This document shows, in pieces, positions 18,888 through 29,466 of a stretch of 62,503 nt of DNA (the first letter of the stretch is position 1; every line of letters begins with the position of its first letter). Both the position numbers and the translations under genes were made by a program. Source of the DNA: an uncultured Eubacteriales bacterium (GTDB lineage: Bacteria > Bacillota_I > Bacilli_A > RFN20 > UBA1709); contig CAYIYR010000006.1 in NCBI GenBank assembly GCA_964367815.1, forward strand, positions 1 to 62,503. The letters run 5' to 3'. The notes beneath the pieces are model-generated. The model was not told the DNA's origin. It did no database searches and was given only the letters and a program-made list of their open reading frames with translations.

Positions 18888-19394
18888 ATGTACATAACTC
18901 CTGATATTGTTAAACAACTGCAATCGGGCAATGAAGAAGCGTTCAATACGATGTATGAAAGCTACAAAAAATTGCTTTATTTCATTATTGTCTCAATTAT
19001 TAAGGATGAGATGGCTAGCCAAGATATACTTCAAGATACTTTTGTCAAGATATATAACCGGGCAACCGATTTAGAAAATCCCAATAAGTTTCATTCCTGG
19101 GCGTGCAATATCGCTAAAAATCTTGCCTTGAATTACATTCGCGATAATCGGAAATATACGGAGTTAAGTGATAATCTGTTAAGTGTCTATGAAGCAGAAA
19201 ACTCAACCTTCACTTACTTCAATGACATGAATAGTTATTTGACCGATTTAGAGAACACAATCGTGTTCTATAAAATCCAATATGATTTCACTTTGCAAGA
19301 GATAGTAAAATTTACAAAAATCCCGCTATCAACTGTCTATAAGATTTATAAAGAAGCACTAAAGAAGATTAAGGAACACTATTCCGAGGAGTAA
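18888..19394 (+). CDS. ECF RNA polymerase sigma factor
   Basis: Region 2 (DILQDTFVKIY, FHSWACNIAKNLALN) and region 4 HTH (TLQEIVKFTKIPLSTV). Confidence 0.9.
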   Translation: MYITPDIVKQLQSGNEEAFNTMYESYKKLLYFIIVSIIKDEMASQDILQDTFVKIYNRATDLENPNKFHSWACNIAKNLALNYIRDNRKYTELSDNLLSVYEAENSTFTYFNDMNSYLTDLENTIVFYKIQYDFTLQEIVKFTKIPLSTVYKIYKEALKKIKEHYSEE

Positions 19395-19397
19395 AAA

Positions 19398-20063
19398 ATG
19401 AATTATAAAGATAAATTCAAACAACATAACGATAGAGAAATTGAAAAAAAGCAGCCAAAGCTTGATTTTTCTATGCGCCTCGAATTCAAGAAAAGAGAAG
19501 TTCCAAAGATTGCAAAGAAAGCTATTAATTTTAGTGCTTTTCTAAAGATATCTGTGCCAACAGTTTCATTGGCTTGTGTTGTGCTGATTTGTGCAATTGC
19601 TTTTACCGGCAAGCAAAAGAATGCCAGTGAACAGATTGGAAGCAATCAGACTAGTAATCCACAGGCAGCTAATTCTGCTGTCATTTCTGCTAGCAATGAT
19701 GCTCAATATAGCTATGTTCCCTCAGAAGATCAGAGTAGTGGTGCATCGGGCTCTCAAGAGTCAAATGTATCCGATCATTTCTCTTCGCTTGCGCCATCAA
19801 AGAGTCAAGCCACCGGAATGGTTGATAAGCAGATTACTGTAGCGGGTTCTTATCGCCTCGTTGTCGAATCTGGTGATGCCAGCAAAATTGTCGTCTATAA
19901 GATGATTGATAATGGCTATGGAACACTCATTCAAAGTAGTGACAAAGTGTCAATTGTTGCTGACTCATCTGGTTATACGATGACTCTAGAAGTTGGAACC
20001 TACCGTATCTTCCAAGAGAATGCGACTAGTGCAATTTCTTTCAAATTAGTTTATATTGACTGA
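19398..20063 (+). CDS. Putative single-pass anti-sigma factor
   Basis: Directly after the ECF gene; basic N-terminus, one TM, Ser-rich linker, small beta-rich C-terminal domain. Confidence 0.6.
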   Translation: MNYKDKFKQHNDREIEKKQPKLDFSMRLEFKKREVPKIAKKAINFSAFLKISVPTVSLACVVLICAIAFTGKQKNASEQIGSNQTSNPQAANSAVISASNDAQYSYVPSEDQSSGASGSQESNVSDHFSSLAPSKSQATGMVDKQITVAGSYRLVVESGDASKIVVYKMIDNGYGTLIQSSDKVSIVADSSGYTMTLEVGTYRIFQENATSAISFKLVYID

Positions 20064-20088
20064 TTTTTTAATGATATTTAATCTATTT

Positions 20089-20122
20089 GTGCTATACTTT
20101 AATAAAGTATGGCACTTTTTTT
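20089..20122 (+). terminator. Terminator hairpin that also contains a -10-like TATACT
   Basis: GTGCTATACTTT-aat-AAAGTATGGCAC + T-run. Confidence 0.65.
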
Positions 20123-20137
20123 GAAAGGGTGAGTTAA

Positions 20138-21268
20138 ATGATTAAAAAGTTCAGTGTAGCTAATTACAAGATATTTACTAAAGAAATATCAATCGATTTT
20201 AGCGATGTTAAAGACTATGATTTTAGTCAAAATGGGATTCGTAATGGCTTAATTAATACTGCGATGATTTATGGCAAAAACGGTTCCGGAAAATCTATCT
20301 TTGGCTTAGCTCTTTTCGATATCACATTGCATCTGGTTGATAAGGCGAAAATACCCGAGCAGACACAAAACTATCTACCAGCGACTAGTGATGATAACAG
20401 TGTTGCTTCTTTCAGTTATACCTTTGTTTTTGATGGCAAAGAAGTAATCTATAAATATAAGAAGAATAAAGATGCCAACTTGACCTATGAAGAGATGTCC
20501 TATCAAGGTCAAGTAGTTTTCTCCTGCGATTTTGATAAGGATCATATTGAGATTAAACATGGTGAATATTTCGAAGCACCAACGCTCAACTTTGATGTCT
20601 ATAACGAAGAAAATAATCATCAGACTTTATCAGTGCTGCGTTATGTTAAAGCCAACAGTCATCAACCAGCAGATTCACTAGTAAATAAGATAATTGATTT
20701 TGTTGATCATATGTTGTGGTTCCGCTCTCTTACAGAAGGGAATTCATTTATTGGCTTCTATAGCACTCCGCACATGTTAGCACAAGATATTATCAAGCAG
20801 AATAAGCTGCAAGATTTCCAGCAATTCTTGCATTATTGTGAACTGGATTATAAATTAGTTCCGCTAGATTCTCCACTATTAGGTGGACAAATCATTGGCG
20901 TAGAATACGGGACCAAGAGCCTAGATTTTATGCAAGTTGCTTCAAGTGGTACCCGCTTACTCTTACTATTCTATTATTGGTCATTGCATTTTTCGGAAGT
21001 TTCATTTATGTTCCTTGATGAATTCAATGCCTATTATCACTATTCATTAAGTTATAAGATAGCTTCCAAACTACGCGATTTAACTTGCCAAGTCTTAATG
21101 TCTACTCATGATACTTCGCTAATGGAATCGGATGTCTTGAGACCGGACTGCTACTTTATTATGGCGAATCAGACGATTGCATCTCTTTCCAATCTAACTC
21201 AACGTGAGCTACGCGAAGTTCACAATCTCGAGAAACTTTATCGGAATTATGGATTTTCAGTCCAGTAG
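20138..21268 (+). CDS. ABC-type ATPase (RloA/AbiLi/AAA_21-like)
   Basis: Walker A GKNGSGKS, signature ASSGT, Walker B FLDEF, H-loop STH; no TM partner. Confidence 0.85.
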   Translation: MIKKFSVANYKIFTKEISIDFSDVKDYDFSQNGIRNGLINTAMIYGKNGSGKSIFGLALFDITLHLVDKAKIPEQTQNYLPATSDDNSVASFSYTFVFDGKEVIYKYKKNKDANLTYEEMSYQGQVVFSCDFDKDHIEIKHGEYFEAPTLNFDVYNEENNHQTLSVLRYVKANSHQPADSLVNKIIDFVDHMLWFRSLTEGNSFIGFYSTPHMLAQDIIKQNKLQDFQQFLHYCELDYKLVPLDSPLLGGQIIGVEYGTKSLDFMQVASSGTRLLLLFYYWSLHFSEVSFMFLDEFNAYYHYSLSYKIASKLRDLTCQVLMSTHDTSLMESDVLRPDCYFIMANQTIASLSNLTQRELREVHNLEKLYRNYGFSVQ

Positions 21269-22016
21269 ACCAAAAATACTTTTCATTGCTGAAGGAGCGG
21301 TAGCGGAAGAGAGATTCTTGCGACAATTCGAGAATTATGTACCCCTAGGAATCAGTGAAGAAATCATTACTTATAAAACAAATATTTATCAATTATATAA
21401 TCGACTTTTCAATGATGGAGAAGCGGTAGATTTAATGCGCGTTTTGATTTCAAGAGAAATGGACCCAACCAAGAAAGATTTGTTGCGCCAACCTTTCGCT
21501 GAAATCTATTTAGTATTTGACTATGATCTTCATGATTCACAATATACGGACAAGAAAATTCGCCGCTTAATGGCCTACTTTGACAATTCGACAGAGAATG
21601 GATTATTACTGCTGAATTATCCGATGCTTGAATCATATCGCCATTTAAGATGTATACCTGATGGTGAGTATCGCTATCGGAAAGTTCCTCTCTTTGATGT
21701 TCCTCATTATAAAGCGATTGTGCGCCGCGAGGGAGCCTTTGATTATATCCCTAATGAAGGGGTTATGCTTGAGATAATTCGTCATAACATTGACAAGCTG
21801 AATTACATCAATCACCGCACGGTAGATAACTATATTTTGAAGGATAATATCGAAGAAGAATTAATTATGTTGCTAGAAAACGAAATTGAATTGAAAAATC
21901 GTCGCAAATTGATTAATATTATGAACACAGGTGCTTTATTTGGTTTCGCCTATGCGCCCAAGCGCATGACTTCAAGACTGAAGGAGTACCTGGATAAAAC
22001 CTATAGTGAGGGATAG
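21249..22016 (+). CDS. RloB-like / TOPRIM-fold protein
   Basis: ILFIAEG..AE, IYLVFDYD (DxD), NYPMLESY; ATG 21249 overlaps the ATPase end. Confidence 0.6.
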   Translation: MDFQSSRPKILFIAEGAVAEERFLRQFENYVPLGISEEIITYKTNIYQLYNRLFNDGEAVDLMRVLISREMDPTKKDLLRQPFAEIYLVFDYDLHDSQYTDKKIRRLMAYFDNSTENGLLLLNYPMLESYRHLRCIPDGEYRYRKVPLFDVPHYKAIVRREGAFDYIPNEGVMLEIIRHNIDKLNYINHRTVDNYILKDNIEEELIMLLENEIELKNRRKLINIMNTGALFGFAYAPKRMTSRLKEYLDKTYSEG

Positions 22017-22022
22017 ATTAAC

Positions 22023-22634
22023 ATGCATACAAGAATAGTGAATCAACAAGATTTTGATTATCCAGCCAAAGTATTAAGCGAAGGCGGAATTGTTTTATTA
22101 CCAACGGAAACTGTCTTTGGAGTTGCCGTCATTTATGATAACAAAGAAGCGATTGAACGACTCTATGAGTTGAAACAAAGGCCAGCAGATAAGGCTTTTC
22201 CCTTAGCGGTATGCTGCTATGAAGAAATTGAGACCGTGGCCGATTTAAATGAGAGACAAATTAAAATTGTCAAAGCTTTATTACCAGGTCCAATTACTCT
22301 AGTTGTTAAAGTTAAGGCTGATCTGCAGAAATATATGGGATCTAATGGAACGGTTGCTATTCGTTATAGTGATGCTTCTTATATCACTAAACTTATTGAA
22401 AGACTGGGGAAGCCTATCTTTTTAACCAGTGCCAACCTAAGCGGAAATCTTCCTTTTGTCAGCGTTATCCAAGCCAAACAAACTTTTGGCGATGATATCG
22501 GCGCTTATGTTGATGGCAAGGTTTTGTTTGGCAAGGCTAGTACGATTTTAGATATTACTGGTTCGGAATTAAGAATTATTCGTGAAGGGCCATTAAAGAT
22601 GGCTCAAATACAAGAGAAAATAAAGAATATCTAG
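22023..22634 (+). CDS. tsaC: L-threonylcarbamoyladenylate synthase (Sua5/YrdC)
   Basis: PTETVFG, LKQRPADK, PGPITLV, TSANLSG. Confidence 0.92.
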   Translation: MHTRIVNQQDFDYPAKVLSEGGIVLLPTETVFGVAVIYDNKEAIERLYELKQRPADKAFPLAVCCYEEIETVADLNERQIKIVKALLPGPITLVVKVKADLQKYMGSNGTVAIRYSDASYITKLIERLGKPIFLTSANLSGNLPFVSVIQAKQTFGDDIGAYVDGKVLFGKASTILDITGSELRIIREGPLKMAQIQEKIKNI

Positions 22635-22648
22635 GGAGGATATTATGT

Positions 22649-23896
22649 ATGAATAAAGAGACTTTTATTGCTAATCGTAAACGTTTATTAGAACAGATGG
22701 ATGATTGCAGTGTAGCCGTATTGTTTGCGGGATTAGCACCACGGAAAAGTGGAGATGAAACTTATACGTTCACCCCTAATCGGAATTTCTTTTATGTAAC
22801 TGGTGTTGATGAGACCAAAGACATTGTTTTGATTGCTAAATGTGGAGCAGATGTTCTAACACAAGTATTTATCAGTCCTTACGATGAAGTTAAAGCTAAA
22901 TGGGTCGGAGAAACTTATTCCTCTGAATATGTTAAAACAGTTAGCGGCATCGATGATGTCAAATATTTATATGATTTTGAAGAAAACTTGGACTGGTGTC
23001 TAGCGCGTCTTGGCTGCAAGACAATTTACTTTGATTTAGAAAGACAGGGATTTGCCGAAGCTTCTACTACTGCTCAAGATTTTGCAAACACTTTTGCTAA
23101 GAAGTATCCATCAGTTGTCATCAAGGATATTTATCCTACCTTAGCAAAGCTAAGAATGGTTAAGTCAAATGAAGAATTAGAGGAAATACGGGGAGCTATT
23201 AGAATAACTGATCTTGGCTTGAAGAACATCTTGAAACATCTAAAACCAGGTTTAAACGAAAGCGTCATGGAAGCCCATTTCAACTTTGCTATTTATACTA
23301 ATGGTTGTAGTGATAATGCCTTTGAAACTATCGCCGCCAGTGGTGGCAATGCTTGCGTTCTCCATTATCATGGGAATTGTTGTGAGATGCATGATGGTGA
23401 TTTAGCGTTGTTTGATTTAGGCGCCGAATACCATCATTACAAATCAGATATAACTAGAACATATCCTGTTAATGGTAAATTCAACCCGCGCCAGAAACAG
23501 ATTTATAACATTGTTTTGGGTGGACAAAAACTGGTTTTTGCGAACGCGAAACCCGGCACTACCACTAGAAGTTTAAATATGTTACTAGTCAAGTATTATC
23601 AACAAGAATTGAAGAAGATTGGTTTAATTAAAGAAGACAGTGAAGTCACAAAGTATTATTTCCATGGTGTTAGTCACCATTTGGGTCTCGATACTCATGA
23701 TGCTGCCTATCCCTGTACCCTTGAGCCAGGAATGGTCATAACGGTTGAACCCGGTCTTTATATTGCTGAAGAGAAAATTGGTATTCGTATTGAAGATGAT
23801 GTAGTTATTACTAAAGATGGTTGTGAAGTCCTCAGTAAAAATATTATTCGGGAAATTGATGAAATCGAAGACTATATGAAAAAGCAATCTTTTTAA
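22649..23896 (+). CDS. pepP: Xaa-Pro aminopeptidase (M24B)
   Basis: DLGAEY...SDITRT, HGVSHHLGLDTHD, TVEPGLY, GIRIEDD. Confidence 0.93.
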   Translation: MNKETFIANRKRLLEQMDDCSVAVLFAGLAPRKSGDETYTFTPNRNFFYVTGVDETKDIVLIAKCGADVLTQVFISPYDEVKAKWVGETYSSEYVKTVSGIDDVKYLYDFEENLDWCLARLGCKTIYFDLERQGFAEASTTAQDFANTFAKKYPSVVIKDIYPTLAKLRMVKSNEELEEIRGAIRITDLGLKNILKHLKPGLNESVMEAHFNFAIYTNGCSDNAFETIAASGGNACVLHYHGNCCEMHDGDLALFDLGAEYHHYKSDITRTYPVNGKFNPRQKQIYNIVLGGQKLVFANAKPGTTTRSLNMLLVKYYQQELKKIGLIKEDSEVTKYYFHGVSHHLGLDTHDAAYPCTLEPGMVITVEPGLYIAEEKIGIRIEDDVVITKDGCEVLSKNIIREIDEIEDYMKKQSF

Positions 23897-23914
23897 AAGC
23901 TATTATTGGTCAAT

Positions 23915-23951
23915 AAAAAAGAAAATGGTTGAATTCCATTTTCTTTTTTTT
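23915..23951. terminator. Bidirectional terminator between pepP and pepT
   Basis: AAAAAAGAAAATGG-ttgaatt-CCATTTTCTTTTTT. Confidence 0.8.
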
Positions 23952-23952
23952 G

Positions 23953-25176
23953 TTATCTTTCTTTAACAATATCAATGATTTGGAGAACCATCTCAACAGA
24001 TTTCTCCATTTCATCGAGGCTAGCATATTCAAAGCGTCCGTGGAAGTTATAGCCACCAGCACCTAAGTTTGGACAGGGAAGACCCATATAAGTTAGGCTG
24101 GCACCATCTGTACCGCCCCGGATTGGAGTATCAATTGGTGTATAGCCAATCATGCTGATGGCTTCTTTAGCGATATCAACAATGTACATCTTATTTTCAA
24201 TCAAGGAGCGCATATTTCTATAGGCATCTTTAAGGTTGACTTTAACCCAGTCGCCTTTGTATTTCTTATTCAAGAAATCCCCAATCGAAAGAAGAAATTC
24301 TTTTTGTTGTTTCATCTTTTCCACATCATGGTTACGGATAATGTAGGAAATACTTGCTTTTTCCACGCTACCTTCAATGTGCATGCTATGGAAGAAACCT
24401 TCATAGCCTTCGGTATGTTCCGGAGTCATTGTCTCGGGAATCATACTATTGAATTCTGTCGCTATATTGATAGCATTGACCATCTTGTCTTTTGCGCTTC
24501 CGGGGTGAATGTTGCGGCCACTGATTTCAATTTTGGCACTAGCGGCATTAAAATTCTCATATTCAACCGCCCAAACTGATCCACCATCAACGGTGTAGGC
24601 AAATTCACAATCAAAATATTTAACATCAAAGTTATCGACACCTTTACCGACTTCTTCATCAGGAGTGAAGGCAATTTTGATTGGACCATGCTTAATACTA
24701 GGATTATTGACTAAAGTTTGCACAGCCTCCATAATTACGGCAACGCCAGCTTTATCATCGGCACCTAATAAAGTAGTGCCATCAGTAACAATAATTCTTT
24801 CGCCCTTTTTATCCTTTAACAAAGGATAATCCGTAACCGACATAATAATTTGTTTTTCTTTATTCAAGATGATATCATTGCCATCGTAGTTTTCGATGAC
24901 TTTGGTCTTTATGTCTTTTCCACTGGCATCGGGAGATGTATCCACATGGGCGATAAAACCAATGCTTGGCACAATCTTTTCTATATTGCTGGGAAGTGAG
25001 CCATAAACAACGCCACCTTCACCGAGCTTAGCATCAATCTTCATTTCTTTTAACTCTTTTAATAATTGCTTCGATAACTCTAACTGCTTTAAACTAGTCG
25101 GAGCGGTGGTCGAATCGGGATCACTTGTTGTATCGTAACTTACATAGCGGAGAAATTTATTTAGAACTTTTTCCAT
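23953..25176 (-). CDS. pepT: Peptidase T
   Basis: AHVDTS, LGADDKAG, FTPDEEVG, HPGSAK, IRGGTDG. Confidence 0.95.
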   Translation of the reverse strand: MEKVLNKFLRYVSYDTTSDPDSTTAPTSLKQLELSKQLLKELKEMKIDAKLGEGGVVYGSLPSNIEKIVPSIGFIAHVDTSPDASGKDIKTKVIENYDGNDIILNKEKQIIMSVTDYPLLKDKKGERIIVTDGTTLLGADDKAGVAVIMEAVQTLVNNPSIKHGPIKIAFTPDEEVGKGVDNFDVKYFDCEFAYTVDGGSVWAVEYENFNAASAKIEISGRNIHPGSAKDKMVNAINIATEFNSMIPETMTPEHTEGYEGFFHSMHIEGSVEKASISYIIRNHDVEKMKQQKEFLLSIGDFLNKKYKGDWVKVNLKDAYRNMRSLIENKMYIVDIAKEAISMIGYTPIDTPIRGGTDGASLTYMGLPCPNLGAGGYNFHGRFEYASLDEMEKSVEMVLQIIDIVKER

Positions 25177-25275
25177 TTTCACACCTTCTTATTTTCTTAT
25201 GATAGCATTTTTCATTCTTTCATTGAATACCAAAAATGAATTCATTATAATAATAATGATAAGGGGGTCGGGAAA

Positions 25276-25710
25276 ATGAATTTAATCATTGGCTGCGATC
25301 ATGCCGGATATATATTAAAAGAAGAAGTAAAGAAGTATTTAATCGATAAAGGATTTACTGTTGAAGATGTCGGTTGTTATAGTGAAGAGTCCGCAAATTA
25401 CCCCGAATATGGCTATAAAGTTGGACAAGGTGTTGCGAAGGGCAAAGCTAATTTTGGCATCGTTATTTGTGGCAGTGGAATTGGAATAAGCATTGCGGCG
25501 AATAAAGTGAAAGGTATTAGATGTGCTAATGTTAATACAGTTGAATTAGCGGTACTTTCACGCCAGCACAATAACGCAAATGTTCTCGCTTTAGGCGGAC
25601 GTTTTGTGGAAAAGGATTTAGCACTTCAGATTGTAGATGCTTTTTTGACAACTGATTTTCTTGGGGGTCGACACCAAACCCGGGTCGAGATGTTAGATAG
25701 AGGATGTTAG
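25276..25710 (+). CDS. rpiB: Ribose-5-phosphate isomerase B
   Basis: GCDHAG, CGSGIG, HNNANVL, GRHQTRV. Confidence 0.95.
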   Translation: MNLIIGCDHAGYILKEEVKKYLIDKGFTVEDVGCYSEESANYPEYGYKVGQGVAKGKANFGIVICGSGIGISIAANKVKGIRCANVNTVELAVLSRQHNNANVLALGGRFVEKDLALQIVDAFLTTDFLGGRHQTRVEMLDRGC

Positions 25711-25711
25711 A

Positions 25712-26938
25712 ATGAAAGATAAAGAAATAGAATTATTAATTAAAAAGGAATATGAAAGACAAAAAAGTCATATAGAATTGATTGCTAGTGAAAACTTTGT
25801 TTCTGATGATGTGAAACAAGCGGCTGGCAGTATTTTGACTAATAAATATGCCGAGGGTTATCCTGGTAAACGTTATTATGGTGGTTGTGAATATATTGAT
25901 CAGATTGAGCAGTTAGCGATAGATAGAGCAAAGGCTCTATTTCATTGCGAACACGCTAATGTTCAACCGCACTCTGGAACGCAAGCCAACATGGGCGTTT
26001 ATGCGGCAATACTAAACTTTGGTGACAAGGTTTTAGGAATGTCATTGGATGCTGGCGGTCACTTAAGCCATGGGCATCCATTAAATTTTTCCGGGATGAA
26101 TTATCAATTCTTTGGTTATGGTGTCAATCCAAATACGGAGAGAATTGATTATGATGAGGTTAGAAGATTAGCACTAGAAATTAAGCCAAAATTAATTGTT
26201 GCCGGCGCTAGTGCTTATTCACCAATTATTGATTTTAAAAAATTCAGAGAGATTGCTGATGAGGTTGGTGCCTACCTAATGGTCGATATGGCCCACTTTG
26301 CTGGTATGGTTGCGGCTGGTCTTTATCCAAGCCCAATACCATATGCTGATTTTGTCACTTCAACTACGCATAAAACCATGAGAGGTCCTCGTGGTGGTTT
26401 GATCTTATGCAAAGAGAAATACAAAGCTGTCTTAGATCGTAGAGTTTTCCCGGGTATTCAAGGCGGACCATTAGAGCATATTATTGCTGCGAAAGCGGTT
26501 TGTTTTAAAGAAGCCATGACACCGGAATTTATAGCATATCAACAACAATTACTTGATAACTGCCAAGCTTTCATCAAATCGATGAAAGAAGAGGGAGTAA
26601 GAATTGTTAGCGATGGTAGTGAAAGCCATTTATTCTTAGTTGATTTGCGCTCGTTTTGTACCTTAAAAGGCAACGTAGCGGAGAAAGTATTAGATTCCAT
26701 TAACATTACTTGCAATAAGAATGCGATTCCTTTTGATACGGAAAAACCAGCCTATACTTCTGGATTAAGATTTGGCACGCCAGCCATGACTACAAGAGGC
26801 TTCAAGGAAGAAGATTTCTATAAAGTTGGCAAGATTATTGTAAAGGCTTTAAAGCATTATGATAATCAGCAAATATTAGATGAATTAAAGAAGGAGGTAA
26901 GTCTTCTTGTCAAGGATTTGCCACTAAGGGAGGAGTAA
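25712..26938 (+). CDS. glyA: Serine hydroxymethyltransferase
   Basis: [36 protein letters not shown]. Confidence 0.97.
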   Translation: MKDKEIELLIKKEYERQKSHIELIASENFVSDDVKQAAGSILTNKYAEGYPGKRYYGGCEYIDQIEQLAIDRAKALFHCEHANVQPHSGTQANMGVYAAILNFGDKVLGMSLDAGGHLSHGHPLNFSGMNYQFFGYGVNPNTERIDYDEVRRLALEIKPKLIVAGASAYSPIIDFKKFREIADEVGAYLMVDMAHFAGMVAAGLYPSPIPYADFVTSTTHKTMRGPRGGLILCKEKYKAVLDRRVFPGIQGGPLEHIIAAKAVCFKEAMTPEFIAYQQQLLDNCQAFIKSMKEEGVRIVSDGSESHLFLVDLRSFCTLKGNVAEKVLDSINITCNKNAIPFDTEKPAYTSGLRFGTPAMTTRGFKEEDFYKVGKIIVKALKHYDNQQILDELKKEVSLLVKDLPLREE

Positions 26939-26940
26939 TT

Positions 26941-27561
26941 ATGCTACATGTTTTAAACCATCCGTTGATTAATCACAAACTGACGACAATGCGTAAGGAA
27001 ACGACAGGAACAAAGGATTTCAGAGAGAATCTTGATGAGATTGCTGCATTAATGGCTTATGAAATCACTCGCGATTTACCAGTCGAGGAAGTGACAATTC
27101 AAACGCCAATTACCACTTGTAAAGGCTATCAGCTAGCGAAAAATATTGTATTAGTACCAATATTAAGAGCAGGTCTGGGCATGGTAGATGGTATTAAGAC
27201 CGAGATTCCAACCGCTAAGATTGGCCATATTGGCTTATACCGTAATGAAGAGAGTTTAGAGCCCAATGAATATTATGCAAAATTCCCACCAAACATCAAA
27301 GATTCGATTGTCTTTGTTTTGGATCCAATGCTTGCAACCGGGGGAAGCGCAGTAGCAGCAATTAAGAAGATTAAAGAAACAGGCGCTAAAGATATTCGCC
27401 TAATTTGTTTGGTCGGTGTTCAACAAGGCGTTGATAATGTCTTGAAACACCATCCCGATGTAGATATTTATCTAGCTTCTCTAGATGAAAAATTAAATGA
27501 GAAAGGTTACATTGTTCCTGGCTTAGGAGATGCTGGGGATCGTTTGTTTGGAACAAAATAA
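26941..27561 (+). CDS. upp: Uracil phosphoribosyltransferase
   Basis: [35 protein letters not shown]. Confidence 0.97.
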   Translation: MLHVLNHPLINHKLTTMRKETTGTKDFRENLDEIAALMAYEITRDLPVEEVTIQTPITTCKGYQLAKNIVLVPILRAGLGMVDGIKTEIPTAKIGHIGLYRNEESLEPNEYYAKFPPNIKDSIVFVLDPMLATGGSAVAAIKKIKETGAKDIRLICLVGVQQGVDNVLKHHPDVDIYLASLDEKLNEKGYIVPGLGDAGDRLFGTK

Positions 27562-27679
27562 AATAGTCTACTGAAGATAATGAAAAAGAACATTTTAATT
27601 TCATGATTCTCATAACTGCTGTAATCTATAGTACAAAATTGTATATTGTGATTAAGGGAGAGAAAGAAAAGGTAAAAAA

Positions 27680-28009
27680 ATGAAAAACTTGTTCAAGGTA
27701 TTAGCAGTAGCGTCCGCGATTGTTATTACTATCTGTACAATTCTATTCAAAGATAACGCTTCAATAATTAGAGTATTAGAAACAAACAAGCAAGTTATTA
27801 AGGAAACAAAACAGTTTTATCAAACTGTATCCACTGGTCAGGAAACAGAGATGATAAAATTAACTTTATGGTTGTCCCAATCCATCGATTACCTAGTTTC
27901 CATTACTTTATCAACTGTGTCAACGGTTTATTTGCAAACATTAGAAATACACGAAACAACGGAAGATAACTATAATTTATCTTCCCCCCTATATATAAGA
28001 ATTGAGTAG
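27680..28009 (+). CDS. Hypothetical protein with N-terminal signal/TM
   Basis: AAAAGGT RBS, MKN + hydrophobic stretch; no motif. Confidence 0.6.
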   Translation: MKNLFKVLAVASAIVITICTILFKDNASIIRVLETNKQVIKETKQFYQTVSTGQETEMIKLTLWLSQSIDYLVSITLSTVSTVYLQTLEIHETTEDNYNLSSPLYIRIE

Positions 28010-28020
28010 GAGACAAGAAA

Positions 28021-28788
28021 ATGAAAAAAAGGAATTGTATTCTTCTATCGTGCTTGGTTTTTATTGTATGTGTATCAATTCTATTACCTATAACAATTAA
28101 GATAGTCAAAGAAAAGCAAGAAGATTTAGCTCTGCAGCAAAGAATTGGTGAGGATAAGATAATGAATCAAATAGATTTATCTTATTATCATTCTGAACGC
28201 GAACTAATCAATGTTTGTGATGAGCTCATAACATTAAATTTATCTATGTTTAGTGGCGACAACTATTGTGCTCCTTTTACGATTCTTCAGAAAGAGAACA
28301 ATAATTATTTTTTGTCATCCTTTAGTGCAAACGGACACAATTATTTCGATAAGCTTCTTTCGATTAACAAAGTTTATACTTCTTTAGAAATGAAAGGAGT
28401 TGCAATAATAGCTGCTAATCAGAATGCCACGTTTGATGAATACATATATGTGGTATATGGCGTGATTGATGCTCAAATGGTTTCTTCTTGTTCTGCCATT
28501 ATTATGATGAATGCCTGCAGCGGTGAGCAAATTAATACTTATTATTTTGAAGGAGTGATTGTAGAATTTGTCGGCGGTATCGCAAAAGATAATCAACAAT
28601 TTGGTGGTCTATCTATCGCTGGGTCAAAGGGCAATCAGCCTTATTTTGCAAATTATGGTGTTGATATGACTAAACGTTTTGAATACACCTATCCTGTTAA
28701 CGGCCTGACTTTTTTAAACTTCATAAATTCAGGTATTAACAACAAATACATAGATTACAAGTATGATATGCGCACTTGTTTAGAGTAG
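28021..28788 (+). CDS. Hypothetical membrane-anchored protein (possibly the 5' part of a frameshifted gene)
   Basis: AGGAG RBS, N-terminal TM; overlaps the next ORF. Confidence 0.6.
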   Translation: MKKRNCILLSCLVFIVCVSILLPITIKIVKEKQEDLALQQRIGEDKIMNQIDLSYYHSERELINVCDELITLNLSMFSGDNYCAPFTILQKENNNYFLSSFSANGHNYFDKLLSINKVYTSLEMKGVAIIAANQNATFDEYIYVVYGVIDAQMVSSCSAIIMMNACSGEQINTYYFEGVIVEFVGGIAKDNQQFGGLSIAGSKGNQPYFANYGVDMTKRFEYTYPVNGLTFLNFINSGINNKYIDYKYDMRTCLE

Positions 28789-29435
28789 GTAATATTGAAA
28801 TAATTGATAGTCAAAAGCATTATCTTACAAAGAAAGTAATCGCTTATAGTACGGAGAAAGGCTTGTTATACTCGAATGATTTCTGTGATTCTAGCCGATG
28901 GAATTCTGTCACTCAAGCCGATAAGCTGGCGATGATGTGGGATCCATCGATTATTGGAATAAGCGATGGGAAAGCAAATTATCGGCAATATCCCGATTTG
29001 TCATGGCAAAGGCATATAGGACTTGCAGAGTCAAGCACAATTGATGAGAGTTTGCTGCCATCATGTTATTCAAAAACAATTGTGCAGTCTCGCTATTATC
29101 CAGTAATTAGCAAAGACGGATTTAAACAATTGGATTTATATAATAAAGAGAAGGCATTCTTTCCGAAGAGTAATGGCGTGTTCCAAATAATTAGCACGAA
29201 TTGTGATAAACAAACTTTTTCTACCGCTGTATCGCTTGATAATAGAGGCTCTCAATCAAAGACATTGTTCCAAATAGTGTATTGTGATGTTGGAAATAAT
29301 ACTCTGACTAATAAGGATTTTGTGCGCTATTCTCTCTCGCTGAGTGAAGAGGATTATAGCAAAACTTTCTTCTTCTATCGTTCACTTTTAAATTCTTCTC
29401 CAACCGTGATAACTCAAAAGGGAATATTTCAATAA
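28776..29435 (+). CDS. Hypothetical protein (possibly the 3' part of a frameshifted gene)
   Basis: TTG start without RBS, 13-nt overlap with the previous ORF. Confidence 0.45.
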   Translation: MFRVGNIEIIDSQKHYLTKKVIAYSTEKGLLYSNDFCDSSRWNSVTQADKLAMMWDPSIIGISDGKANYRQYPDLSWQRHIGLAESSTIDESLLPSCYSKTIVQSRYYPVISKDGFKQLDLYNKEKAFFPKSNGVFQIISTNCDKQTFSTAVSLDNRGSQSKTLFQIVYCDVGNNTLTNKDFVRYSLSLSEEDYSKTFFFYRSLLNSSPTVITQKGIFQ

Positions 29436-29466
29436 CAGTAAAAAAGCAAGGGATATTACCTTGCTT

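Noticed and set aside
27960-28009. C-terminus LSSPLYIRIE as a ribosome-arrest peptide
   Set aside because: No RAPP/RGPP-type motif and no hairpin occluding the downstream RBS.
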